From assembly GCA_964354495.1 (NCBI GenBank), contig CAYHAA010000002.1, positions 120,001 through 152,000 of the forward strand: a stretch of DNA of 32,000 nucleotides. The letters are read 5' to 3'. The notes below the pieces were generated by a model. That model made no database searches and was not told where the DNA came from. It saw nothing but the letters and a program-made list of their open reading frames with translations. Numbering within the stretch: position 1 is the first letter of the stretch; each line of letters starts with the position of its first letter. The DNA is from an uncultured archaeon (lineage in GTDB: Archaea > Asgardarchaeota > Thorarchaeia > Thorarchaeales > Thorarchaeaceae). Below, in pieces: positions 8,636 through 17,627 of the stretch. Position numbers and translations under genes: made by a program.

Positions 8636-9319
8636 TTAGATCTTCTTGGAACCTTCTCGAATTACAAGTTTGGTCATCCTATCTCGATGAGTTTCGAAGT
8701 ATCTAGCGACTAACTCAGGTTCCCTCTTACTTAACTCACGTAAAACCCACCCGGCAGCCTTTCCAACAAAGAACTCCTCGTCAGAGATGTGAGGCGTGAC
8801 TCCATCAAGTATCCTCTTGCTATATTCCTGTCTGTATTGAGCCTTTAGTGATAGGTAGAGATAAGGCAACACTGAACAGCGGCGCCTCCAGAAGTTCTCA
8901 GACTTGCGCCATGACTTGATGACATTCTCTACCTCAGGGTCGCGAAGTAAGAGGATTCCAATTGTGGGAGAGCAGAGAGGGTCGGTGATCCCCCACGTAT
9001 CAGCTTCGTCAATCCAAGAGTCAGCGATTCCTAAAGCCACAATAACATCGCCTTTCCGCGCGTATTCCCTCATAACATCGATTGCTGCAGCTCGAGTTTC
9101 AAAAGTCTTGGTATTCCACAGCATCTTCATGAGAACAGGCAAATCATCAATCAACAGGTTGTGGATATTCGCCTTCACAATCCGATGGATGCCCGGGAGC
9201 TCAACTCCTATGAAGGCAAGACTTGATGTCCTAAGATAGCTGGCCGACCTCGCTTTTCTTTCCGAATTGCCACTCGACTCAAGCTCTGAGTAAATACGTC
9301 CGCATACCTGTTCAATCAC
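8636..9319 (-). CDS. alkD: AlkD-family (HEAT-like repeat) DNA alkylation repair glycosylase
   Basis: FIGV-x-LP, W-GIT-D (W/D pair), ENFWRRR (W-x2-R) and EFFVGKAAGWVLRE match the AlkD active-site pattern. GTG start. Confidence 0.85.
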   Translation of the reverse strand: MIEQVCGRIYSELESSGNSERKARSASYLRTSSLAFIGVELPGIHRIVKANIHNLLIDDLPVLMKMLWNTKTFETRAAAIDVMREYARKGDVIVALGIADSWIDEADTWGITDPLCSPTIGILLLRDPEVENVIKSWRKSENFWRRRCSVLPYLYLSLKAQYRQEYSKRILDGVTPHISDEEFFVGKAAGWVLRELSKREPELVARYFETHRDRMTKLVIREGSKKI

Positions 9320-9403
9320 ATCTTAGAAAGTGTGTGACTCTGATATAACAATGCTTGGTCTTCAAATGCTTGTCGAAGACTCTCTAGCAAGTAACTGAAC
9401 CAC

Positions 9404-10450
9404 TCAGGTGCCCTGGAGGAAGGACATATCCGCCTTCTTGAAAGCAGCGAACGCGCTCTTGCCTTTCTTTTCGTCGAGTGCTTTCGCATATGACTGGAGA
9501 GTCTTGAGAGATGTCATGCCGCCAAGAGCATCATCAAATGAAATCTTCAGAGCCCAGACGGGCTCACCTGTGACCGGAATGCGCTCCCGCAACCAACCGG
9601 TGGGAGTCATGAGCTTGTTCCTCTCCCGAGTGAAAAACTCCATCTCAGAGAGAATGCCTATTCCAGACATTACGTCAAGCCATCGTTTCCAAGCATCTTC
9701 ACTAGTGGGAAAACCTGATGTTCCTGTCTTATTCGCATTAATCGTTATCGAGTCAACTGAAACCTTTGTATCTTTCAATGTTCCATAACTCGCTATGATC
9801 CACAGAAGACGGAGCAGGACTTCGCGATGAACAATGAGTAGCTCCTGACCTGCGATTGTATCGATATCGCTCAAGCCGAGGGAGGATGTGATGACTTTGG
9901 AGAGAGCATTATGGAGTGCCAGATACGCTGTGCTCTTCTTGTCCATCTTCACCTTGGGAAACGCCAGTGTCTTTGGCGTTTTCAGATCGACTCCTTCCAC
10001 TTCACGAATTTGGTCAGGACCAAGACCAGCTCGTATTTCATCGAGGGCCTTCTTTCCTTCGTAGGGTCTTAGGTATACTTGATACTTGTCATTCGGGATA
10101 GGTTCGCCTAGACGTTCTTCTGCTTCTTGTACCCTATCAACACGATTCATCGCTTGGATTTTATCACACGGGTACCTTGAACAAAACGCACAATTCTCAA
10201 AATGATTATGAAAGGCACACTTACGGGAAGGGCAACCTCTGATGAAGTTGTGGACTCCTACATCCTTTGCTAGTTTCTCATTCGGCGTTTGACAGCCTTG
10301 ACAGGGATTCTTCGCTGGCGTGAATCCCAAATACCTCTTTGCATCCTCGACATATGACTCCCACTCTCCTGGGCTTTGATTCGTTCGAATCCAATGACCC
10401 CACGGGCATATTGAGCACAAATTCCCACACTTGCTGATTACTGGTTTCAT
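9404..10450 (-). CDS. DUF3795-type Cys-rich N-terminal domain fused to an uncharacterised C-terminal domain
   Basis: CGNLCSICP...CQGC...CPSRKC...NCAFCSRYPC pattern in the first ~105 aa. The remainder is not recognised. Confidence 0.75.
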   Translation of the reverse strand: MKPVISKCGNLCSICPWGHWIRTNQSPGEWESYVEDAKRYLGFTPAKNPCQGCQTPNEKLAKDVGVHNFIRGCPSRKCAFHNHFENCAFCSRYPCDKIQAMNRVDRVQEAEERLGEPIPNDKYQVYLRPYEGKKALDEIRAGLGPDQIREVEGVDLKTPKTLAFPKVKMDKKSTAYLALHNALSKVITSSLGLSDIDTIAGQELLIVHREVLLRLLWIIASYGTLKDTKVSVDSITINANKTGTSGFPTSEDAWKRWLDVMSGIGILSEMEFFTRERNKLMTPTGWLRERIPVTGEPVWALKISFDDALGGMTSLKTLQSYAKALDEKKGKSAFAAFKKADMSFLQGT

Positions 10451-10502
10451 GATCCCGACATCTCCGTTTTTCCAGCTCGTAAGAGCACAATAATCTCCCT
10501 CC

Positions 10503-10510
10503 TATTAATA
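10503..10510 (-). promoter_or_regulatory. Putative TATA box for the DUF3795/alkD genes
   Basis: TATTAATA about 55 nt upstream of ATG 10450. Confidence 0.4.
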
Positions 10511-10530
10511 AGCAACGCGTGGTTGTCAAT

Positions 10531-10544
10531 TGCGACTAGTCGCA
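10531..10544. promoter_or_regulatory. Perfect 14-bp palindrome, candidate operator
   Basis: TGCGACTAGTCGCA is its own reverse complement and lies in the divergent intergenic region between DNA-repair genes. Confidence 0.45.
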
Positions 10545-10713
10545 CACAAAATGGGACTTTCCACTGATGGATCATGGAGAACAAAACGAAGAATCAGGTG
10601 ACTGGGATTTTATGGTGGGATATTAGTTCCGCACGATTCCGAAATCTTCTTCAACTGACTGACCAAATAGAACCGGGTTTGCCACCAAGCGCCATCATAT
10701 GGAGACAACTGGG

Positions 10714-11556
10714 ATGAGTGTTGAGCTACCTGAAGCAATGATTCTTGCTGAGCAAATGACAAAGACGTTACTCGGCAAACAAATCAAAGCATGTGAAATG
10801 TGGGACTATGAGAAACTGCAGAAAATCGGGTTCTTCAATAAAGACATCAAAGAATTCAATCGCCTCATAGGCTGTAAGATAGCGTCAATTCATCAGCGCG
10901 GAAACGTGATTCGCATTCAATTGAATAAAAAACTGAATCTCGTGTTGAGTCCGGACTATGGGGCAGAAATCCTCTACCATTCATCCGAGGAGTCACTGCC
11001 AAAGAAGCATCATTTGAAAGTCGGCTTTGCAGATGGCTCATATCTGACAATAAGGCAGACAGGCATGGGGATGATATACTGTGCAGCAGACAATGAGGTC
11101 AATAATCTATATGTTGTCAAACGGGATTTCTCAGAAACTCCGTCCCCTATTGGAGAGAATCAATTCACCTTCGACAAATTCACTGAGCTACTGGATAAAA
11201 GGGGTCAGAACATCAAGGCAGCTCTCGTCGGAAAGACTGCAGTTGTAGTAGGTCTAAGTAATGCTGCATTTCAAGAGATAATCTACAAAGCAGGAATCCA
11301 TCCAAAGAGGAACACCTCCACATTATCAGAGAGTGAGAAACACGCCGTCTTCGAGGCTATGAAGGAGATTCTCAATGCACGCGTTTCTTCAGGTGGAAAG
11401 GAAAACTGGATTGACCTCTATGGAAAACCAGGGCGTCATACTCCAGTAATGGGTTCCAACATGAAGGACAAGAGCTGTCCTCAATGCGGGGCAAGAATTG
11501 AGATGATAGCTCATGGAGGCGGTCAGGTCTACTTCTGTCCAAGATGTCAGAAATGA
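10714..11556 (+). CDS. Fpg/Nei (MutM-like) family protein with divergent active site
   Basis: ELPE N-terminal motif, H2TH (GLSNAAFQEIIYKAGIHP) and C-terminal zinc finger CPQC...FCPRCQK. Start set at ATG 10714 (GGAG SD at 10701); the ORF track starts at 10699. Confidence 0.88.
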   Translation: MSVELPEAMILAEQMTKTLLGKQIKACEMWDYEKLQKIGFFNKDIKEFNRLIGCKIASIHQRGNVIRIQLNKKLNLVLSPDYGAEILYHSSEESLPKKHHLKVGFADGSYLTIRQTGMGMIYCAADNEVNNLYVVKRDFSETPSPIGENQFTFDKFTELLDKRGQNIKAALVGKTAVVVGLSNAAFQEIIYKAGIHPKRNTSTLSESEKHAVFEAMKEILNARVSSGGKENWIDLYGKPGRHTPVMGSNMKDKSCPQCGARIEMIAHGGGQVYFCPRCQK

Positions 11557-11641
11557 GGAGTCCTGATGACTTAGGAGAACAGAATGAGGCAGACTAGCAA
11601 TAATGAAATAGTCCTCTACTTCTCCTTTTGACCGTCGTGAA

Positions 11642-12382
11642 ATGGTAGATCTATTCTTTGGAGACTTGACCCTTCCGGATGTCACAATGGCAGCTGCAAC
11701 TGGAGTAGTTGCTTCACTGGTTTTGACAGTTGCATACTACATGGCGTCGTCAGGGAGACCTAGATGGAAGGCAAGAAAACTCGTTCATGCTTCAATGGGT
11801 ACTGTTGTGGGTCTTACTCTTGTGGGATACTCGAATTTGAGCGGGCCGACATTGGCGGCAGCAATCTTCTTGTTCATTCTCTTTTACGCCTGGGCTCACA
11901 AGAGCGAGCTCATCTGGGACTTGCTGCTCGCAGGCAGTCGTGAGGGCGAATCTCGCGCGAATACATTCATGGCAGGTCTAATGGGCATGATTTCCTTTGG
12001 CACCGTTTTCCTTTTGTTTTTCTCCAGACCAGAGATTTTCGTGGCGGCTATCCTCGCTGTTGCATGGGGAGATGCAGCCGGAGAGGTGATAGGGAGGCCT
12101 TATGGAGGCAGAGTCTTCAAACGTAGGTTCCGGAATAAAACAGTCGAGGGGAGCATTGGCGTATTCATATTCACCGTTCTCTCAATCTTGGCATCGTTGG
12201 TCGCTTATTCTCCGGACACATGCATTTCTTGTGTCTTTCCTCTAGTTCTCATAGTAGCGGCCTGTGCCACAATTGCTGAAGTTCTCAGTATTGGATGGAC
12301 TGACAACTTCTTTATCCCTATGGTAACGGCCATAGCTATGTGGTTGTTTATCTTTCCAGGAATAATCCTTCTTCCACTGTAG
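11642..12382 (+). CDS. CTP-dependent polyprenol kinase family protein (dolichol/phytol kinase-like)
   Basis: ARKLVH, WGDAAGEVIGRPYG, NKTVEGS and terminal E...DNFFIP motifs in a multi-TM protein. Substrate is not determinable. Confidence 0.85.
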   Translation: MVDLFFGDLTLPDVTMAAATGVVASLVLTVAYYMASSGRPRWKARKLVHASMGTVVGLTLVGYSNLSGPTLAAAIFLFILFYAWAHKSELIWDLLLAGSREGESRANTFMAGLMGMISFGTVFLLFFSRPEIFVAAILAVAWGDAAGEVIGRPYGGRVFKRRFRNKTVEGSIGVFIFTVLSILASLVAYSPDTCISCVFPLVLIVAACATIAEVLSIGWTDNFFIPMVTAIAMWLFIFPGIILLPL

Positions 12383-12388
12383 ATTAGC

Positions 12389-13297
12389 TCAAATCTGACC
12401 CCAATCACTGATGCGTTCTATGCCTGACTCGCCAAGTTCACAGACAAGTTTGAGTTCTGCAAGTATGCCAGACCATCCAACATCATAGCCAATGACAGCA
12501 GAGGGTGACTTGAAACCGTGATGATGGACGGTGACCAGGGTATGATCATTGACCTCTTCGAACCGAACATTCACGAGGGTCTCAGGCTCATCGCCATGTA
12601 CCCACGAGAATTCCAGCTCCTTGTCAGGAATCATTTTCTTGAATACTACAGGACCCTTTCCTTCAGCCCACCATGTGTATATTCCAGCGTACTGCCTATC
12701 CACAACCGGTCGGTCCGCCCTGATGAAGTGTTTCAGTTTTTCAGGATTCGTCCACACATCAAAGGGCAATGAAGGTGGCGTCTTACAGATGACACTAAGC
12801 CGGACATCCACAGGGTCATAACGCGTGACTCTGAGAGGATGATAATCTTCGTAGTCAAATCGCAAGGCGGGAGCGCCTAGTTCAACCGCACTCTTGAAAT
12901 TGGCCAAAAGCAAGTTCCAGTGCTCAGGCAAATGATAGTTTCTCGCTGAAACTGGTACTGCGCCATGGTTGACCTGTATCATTGTGCCAGGACCTATTGG
13001 ATTGAATCGGATGACCAAGAGGGTATCGACCCCCATGATTCTCCAGCTCAGGAGGAGGATCTTCTTCTGTTTGACTTCCTTAATCTCCCACTGATTTGCT
13101 ATCTCAGGAGTTGTGGGCGCATTTGGTCCAAGAAACCTGATTGCACCTCCAACGCGAATGTCAGCACTTATCTCATTCCCCAGCCAGAGAAGCATCATGA
13201 TCGGGTCAAGGAATGCCGCCCAGACTTCGTCTAGGGGTCTGGAGATGCGTATCTGAAGGTGAATCACTGGAAGTATGTCTTCCTTTGGTTCGGCCAT
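12389..13297 (-). CDS. Tandem SRPBCC (START/AHSA1-like) domain protein
   Basis: Two repeats: VWAAFLDP...WNLLLANFKSAVELG and FDVWTNP...WSGILAELKLVCELG. Start at ATG 13297 after the GGTGG SD. Confidence 0.85.
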   Translation of the reverse strand: MAEPKEDILPVIHLQIRISRPLDEVWAAFLDPIMMLLWLGNEISADIRVGGAIRFLGPNAPTTPEIANQWEIKEVKQKKILLLSWRIMGVDTLLVIRFNPIGPGTMIQVNHGAVPVSARNYHLPEHWNLLLANFKSAVELGAPALRFDYEDYHPLRVTRYDPVDVRLSVICKTPPSLPFDVWTNPEKLKHFIRADRPVVDRQYAGIYTWWAEGKGPVVFKKMIPDKELEFSWVHGDEPETLVNVRFEEVNDHTLVTVHHHGFKSPSAVIGYDVGWSGILAELKLVCELGESGIERISDWGQI

Positions 13298-13487
13298 GGT
13301 ATCCACCTTGTAGCAATTTGATTGAGCAGTTCACCCTTATCTCTGTGATGGTAGATAACCATTGTCATGAAATCTAAGGCAATTTCAATTCACCTCTTTC
13401 TGAGAAGACATCAATGACAAGGGTAATATCCAGTCTCCTGCATTTCAAGTAGTGAACAGCTTAGTCTAGGCTTGAGGTGGAGAGGCA

Positions 13488-14822
13488 TTGAAGATACGGG
13501 TCTTGGTAGTAGATGATGATGAGGACCTTCTCTTTCTTGCCACTAAGTTCTTTGAGAAAGAAGACCAGTCGTTTGAACTAGTTGGGGCCAATACTGACCA
13601 AGAGGCTCTTCAGAAGCTTGAGGAGGAGGAGTTTGACGCGATTGTTTGTGACCACTATCTCGGTCCCCACAGCATGACAGGTCTTGGTCTTCTCGAATGG
13701 GTGAGAGAGGGGAATCCCAATATTCCTTTCATCATCTTCACTGGGCGAAGTCAAGAGGCTGTTGCCATACGAGCTCTCAATCTTGGAGCAGACTACTATC
13801 TGAAGAAAGGAACGGATGAGGTGCGTGAGCTCTTCAGCCAAATAGCTTTGCGAATCAAATCAGAAGTAGAACAGAGAAGGACTGGAGAGGCACTTGAAGC
13901 TGCATACACTGACCTTGAGAAACGTGTCGCAGAGCGCACAGCAGAACTTGAGGAGATGAATGAGCGCCTCATCCACGAAATAGACGAACGCCAAAAAGCG
14001 GAGAGCTCACTGTTGATACAACAGGAATTGGGAAACACTCTTTGTCGGGCTGGAAACCTAACAGATGCACTGGATGCAATTCTCAAGACTGCAGTGCAGC
14101 TTGAAGGTGTTGATAGCGGAGGTATCTATCTGCTAGATGGTCAGACAGGCAAATCCGGATTCTCCTCAAACCATGGTCTTTCGGCTCAGTTTCTTCGCAG
14201 CTTCTTCAAGGAGAACAAGAATCCGTCCATCGATGGGCCAATCTATTTGTCGAAATCAGATATTCAATCATCCACTATCGTTGAAGGGAAAGACAAGAGT
14301 CTCACTGCAGCAGCCATCATACCAGTTCAGTCTGAGGACAAGACGGTCGCAATTCTGAATCTGGTATCGCACACCCATGATGAGATACCTGAGAGGGTTA
14401 GACGTGCGCTAGAGGCGATTTCGATTCAGATAGCAGCATACATGACGAGAATCAGTGCGGAGAACATAATCTCAGAATCAAAATCCGGGGTTGAAGCAGT
14501 CACAGAACTACTAGATGACATGTTTCTAATTGTCAGCAAGGACTTCAATGTTCTTTATGCGAATAGCGCAGTTCTTGAACGGTTTGGATTGTCCCTGAAT
14601 GCCTTATCGAAGAAGCACTTTCAGGAACTTTACGATAGCCAAAGGACGGAGGAAGTCGCATCGAGCCTGCGGCAAGCATTTAATGGCAAAAGCGTGACTC
14701 TGGATGCTCCTTTGGGCCTTGATGGCGGGGCTGACTTGAGAGTCACCACTAGAATCGCCAAGGCAATGCATGATAACCAAGAAGTACTTTATGCAATCGT
14801 GCACGAAATCAAGTCCCAATAA
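13488..14822 (+). CDS. Response-regulator receiver + signalling helix + GAF + PAS protein with no output domain
   Basis: REC: VVDDDED, phospho-acceptor CDHYL, FTGRS, ADYYLKK. Coiled coil LEKRVAERTAEL, GAF (DSGGIYL...AAIIPV...VAILNL) and C-terminal PAS (VLYANSA). TTG start, GAGGTGG upstream. Confidence 0.88.
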   Translation: MKIRVLVVDDDEDLLFLATKFFEKEDQSFELVGANTDQEALQKLEEEEFDAIVCDHYLGPHSMTGLGLLEWVREGNPNIPFIIFTGRSQEAVAIRALNLGADYYLKKGTDEVRELFSQIALRIKSEVEQRRTGEALEAAYTDLEKRVAERTAELEEMNERLIHEIDERQKAESSLLIQQELGNTLCRAGNLTDALDAILKTAVQLEGVDSGGIYLLDGQTGKSGFSSNHGLSAQFLRSFFKENKNPSIDGPIYLSKSDIQSSTIVEGKDKSLTAAAIIPVQSEDKTVAILNLVSHTHDEIPERVRRALEAISIQIAAYMTRISAENIISESKSGVEAVTELLDDMFLIVSKDFNVLYANSAVLERFGLSLNALSKKHFQELYDSQRTEEVASSLRQAFNGKSVTLDAPLGLDGGADLRVTTRIAKAMHDNQEVLYAIVHEIKSQ

Positions 14823-14908
14823 TCATAAATAGTCAGTTGGGAGTAAGAAGATGAATGCAAGCCAACTCTGGCACGCCGCATAATTCAACCCAAGGTTGTT
14901 AAGATGGT

Positions 14909-15391
14909 ATGGGTGAAACTAACGGTTTCATGAAGGGACCCGCGACGAGACTCTTTGAAAAGGTTGCTCGATGGATAGGGCTCTCATCGAATGCAGGACC
15001 AGTTCTTGCAGCGTTCTTCCTTGAACAATACGGCACAGCTAAGAAACTCAGCTCAGAAGATATCTGTCGGATCACCGGCTATTCCAGAGCTAATGCAGGT
15101 CTCATCATCTCCCAGCTGGAAGCCCTCGGGGTCATTGAGGGAGCAAGAGACTACGACCAGACAGGTCGCGGTAGAAAGCGTGTTCTCTACTCAATCACTG
15201 GAAGTTTCACAGAAGTCTTCGAGATAGGAGTCATTAGCATGCAGGATAGGCTTGATGGAATGATAAGAGACTTGGATACCATAGAGAACCTCGATTCATC
15301 CTTCAAGCAATCTCTGACTCATTTACTCAAGGAAGTAAGGACAGCAGTAGAGAACGGGCGAGAAGATCTGCAGATGACAGTCTCCCGGTAA
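14909..15391 (+). CDS. GbsR/MarR-like winged-helix transcriptional regulator
   Basis: HTH SSEDICRITGYSRANAGLIISQLEALGVIE, wing GRGRKRVLY and C-terminal helical dimerisation region. Confidence 0.8.
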   Translation: MGETNGFMKGPATRLFEKVARWIGLSSNAGPVLAAFFLEQYGTAKKLSSEDICRITGYSRANAGLIISQLEALGVIEGARDYDQTGRGRKRVLYSITGSFTEVFEIGVISMQDRLDGMIRDLDTIENLDSSFKQSLTHLLKEVRTAVENGREDLQMTVSR

Positions 15392-15401
15392 TGCAATCTG
15401 T

Positions 15402-15671
15402 CTATTTCTGCAGATAATCTCTCATGACTTCGACTAGTGGTCTGTCTGTAAGAATCGTTTCTACACACCAGTCAACGCAAGATGTCGGAAGTCGCACTAT
15501 GCGTTTCTTGCAGTTCTTTTCGGCTTTCCCATGCTTCCTCACGTTGTTCCAACACCATGGCGGCGGAAGAAAAACACTCACTTGTCTGTGGCACTCTTTT
15601 GGTCGCGTTTCTGCAGTTACAGGCGACTCAAGATGCCTAGGGTCTGCAATACATAAGGAGAAAAAGAACAA
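15402..15671 (-). CDS. Possible small protein with ribbon-helix-helix-like C-terminus
   Basis: Fills a 320-nt gap. C-terminal KRIVRLP...DRPLVEVMRDYL resembles RHH spacing. Start uncertain and coding status unproven. Confidence 0.3.
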   Translation of the reverse strand: MFFFSLCIADPRHLESPVTAETRPKECHRQVSVFLPPPWCWNNVRKHGKAEKNCKKRIVRLPTSCVDWCVETILTDRPLVEVMRDYLQK

Positions 15672-15712
15672 ATGGCAATACCATTTAGTCTAATCAAAAG
15701 AGGCTCTAGCTG

Positions 15713-17539
15713 ATGGCTTCTGAACATCAAAACGGAAACAGTATGGATTTCGATTCTCTCGAAGAGCTGCTCCGACACCGAGTTCTGCTAGAGTCTTTGA
15801 GTGAAGGCTTCGGAGTTGTTGACGAGAAGAACGCCTTCTCCTATGTTAATAGGAGATTTGGTGAATTGCTTGGCTACTCTACAGGGGAGATGATTGGTAA
15901 ACCAATATCTGAGTTCCTCGACAAACACAATCGCGAGGCTCAGCGCGAACACATCTCCAAACGTGCGCAAGGGCTGACATCGAAATATGAACTACATTGG
16001 ATATCTAAATCGCAACGCATAATTCCGACACTTGTTTCAGGTGTGCCAATAATTGATAAGAAGGGCCATTTCAGGGGTTCATTTGCAGTAATCACTGATC
16101 TATCCGGCTATAGAGCATCAGAGAAAAAGTACCGGATGTTGGCAGAGCAGTCACTACAAGGGCTGACAGTCATTCAGAACGAAAAATACGTGTATGTCAA
16201 CCCAGCGTTTGGTAAGATAGTAGGGTATACTCCGGAAGAGATTGTTGCCATGCCATCTGACATCGCATGGGATTTGATCTATCCCGAAGATAAGGGACTC
16301 CTTCTGAAGATTGCTCAAAACAGAGATTCAGGCAAACCAGTGCCAATGCCTTACATGTACCGATTCGTCCACAGAGACGGAAGCGTCAGATGGGTTGAGG
16401 CATTCTCAGGGAGTATTGAGTACGAAGGTGCATTAGCACTACAGGTCCTCATTATCGACATAACCGATGTTAAGGAGTTCGAGGAGAATCTCAAGAAGTC
16501 CGAGGCAAAGTACCGGAATTTGGCGGAGCAATCACCGCAGGGCATCACTATCATGGCAGAGAACAGGTTCCTCTACTACAATCCAGCATTCAAGGAACTT
16601 GTCGGATATGACGATGACGAATTAAGGCGTATGTCTGTTGATGACACATGGAATCTGGTGCATCCGGATGACCGAGAGGATCTCACAAAAAGAATACGTG
16701 ACAAAACTGCGGGGAGAGCAATTGCCCCAAGATACGAGTATCGATACGTGAGGAAGAATGGAGAGGTTCGATGGGTAGAGAGCTATTCCAGCCAAGTTGA
16801 ATATGACGGACAGCCAGCAATTCAGACGGTCATAGTCGACATCACTGGAAGACGGCAATCAGAGAGGGAGTTAAGGTCTGCAAAAGACAGAGCCCTCCTC
16901 TATCTGGATCTCATGGGGCACGACCTGACGCAGCAGCTACAAGTCATTCTCAATAGCGCAGCGCTCATGATGAATGCAACAGATGAAAGCGTCCAAAACT
17001 CATTCTACAAAGTCATAGGTGATGCAATAAAGCGTTGCTCAAGAATCATTCAAGAGGCAAATTCGACAGAGCAGCTCCTTTCAGTGCCGCTCATTGAGAG
17101 ATCCTTGACACAGGCAGTCACAACTTGCGTAGAAGCCATGTCACATGCTGAGAACATCACCTTTGAAACACTGATCATGGGAGGAAACGCCAGAGTAATG
17201 GCGGATGAATATCTCGAGCTTATGGTCTCCAATATTCTGATGAACTCTGTGGAACACAATGTCAAGGAGCGGAAGAAGGTCTGGATTCGCCTTGAACCAT
17301 CAGGTCCAGACTATCTCCTCTCCATCAGTGATGACGGGCCGGGCATTCCGGATTCTACGAAGGCAGGACTATTCGATATGTCACGGAGATTCGGAGGATT
17401 GGGTCTCCACACTGTGAATCACCTTGTTGAGAAATACGGCGGCAGAATCGAACTCCATGATAGAGTGCCAGAACATTATTCTCATGGGCTCGAAGTAAGA
17501 ATATGGCTTCCAATGCTCATCAAACAGGAAGAGGAGTGA
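15713..17539 (+). CDS. Soluble sensor histidine kinase with three PAS domains
   Basis: Three PAS repeats (YVNRRF, YVNPAF, YYNPAF), H-box LMGHDL, N-box NILMNSVEH, G1 SDDGPGI and G2 GGLGL. No TM segments. Confidence 0.95.
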   Translation: MASEHQNGNSMDFDSLEELLRHRVLLESLSEGFGVVDEKNAFSYVNRRFGELLGYSTGEMIGKPISEFLDKHNREAQREHISKRAQGLTSKYELHWISKSQRIIPTLVSGVPIIDKKGHFRGSFAVITDLSGYRASEKKYRMLAEQSLQGLTVIQNEKYVYVNPAFGKIVGYTPEEIVAMPSDIAWDLIYPEDKGLLLKIAQNRDSGKPVPMPYMYRFVHRDGSVRWVEAFSGSIEYEGALALQVLIIDITDVKEFEENLKKSEAKYRNLAEQSPQGITIMAENRFLYYNPAFKELVGYDDDELRRMSVDDTWNLVHPDDREDLTKRIRDKTAGRAIAPRYEYRYVRKNGEVRWVESYSSQVEYDGQPAIQTVIVDITGRRQSERELRSAKDRALLYLDLMGHDLTQQLQVILNSAALMMNATDESVQNSFYKVIGDAIKRCSRIIQEANSTEQLLSVPLIERSLTQAVTTCVEAMSHAENITFETLIMGGNARVMADEYLELMVSNILMNSVEHNVKERKKVWIRLEPSGPDYLLSISDDGPGIPDSTKAGLFDMSRRFGGLGLHTVNHLVEKYGGRIELHDRVPEHYSHGLEVRIWLPMLIKQEEE

Positions 17540-17627
17540 TTGCACTACACTGCAAATCAGGTCATTCCAACCTGTTGTATCATGTAGGTGCGTGAGAGAG
17601 TTTTTTGCAGCCGCGAAGTCATCTCTT

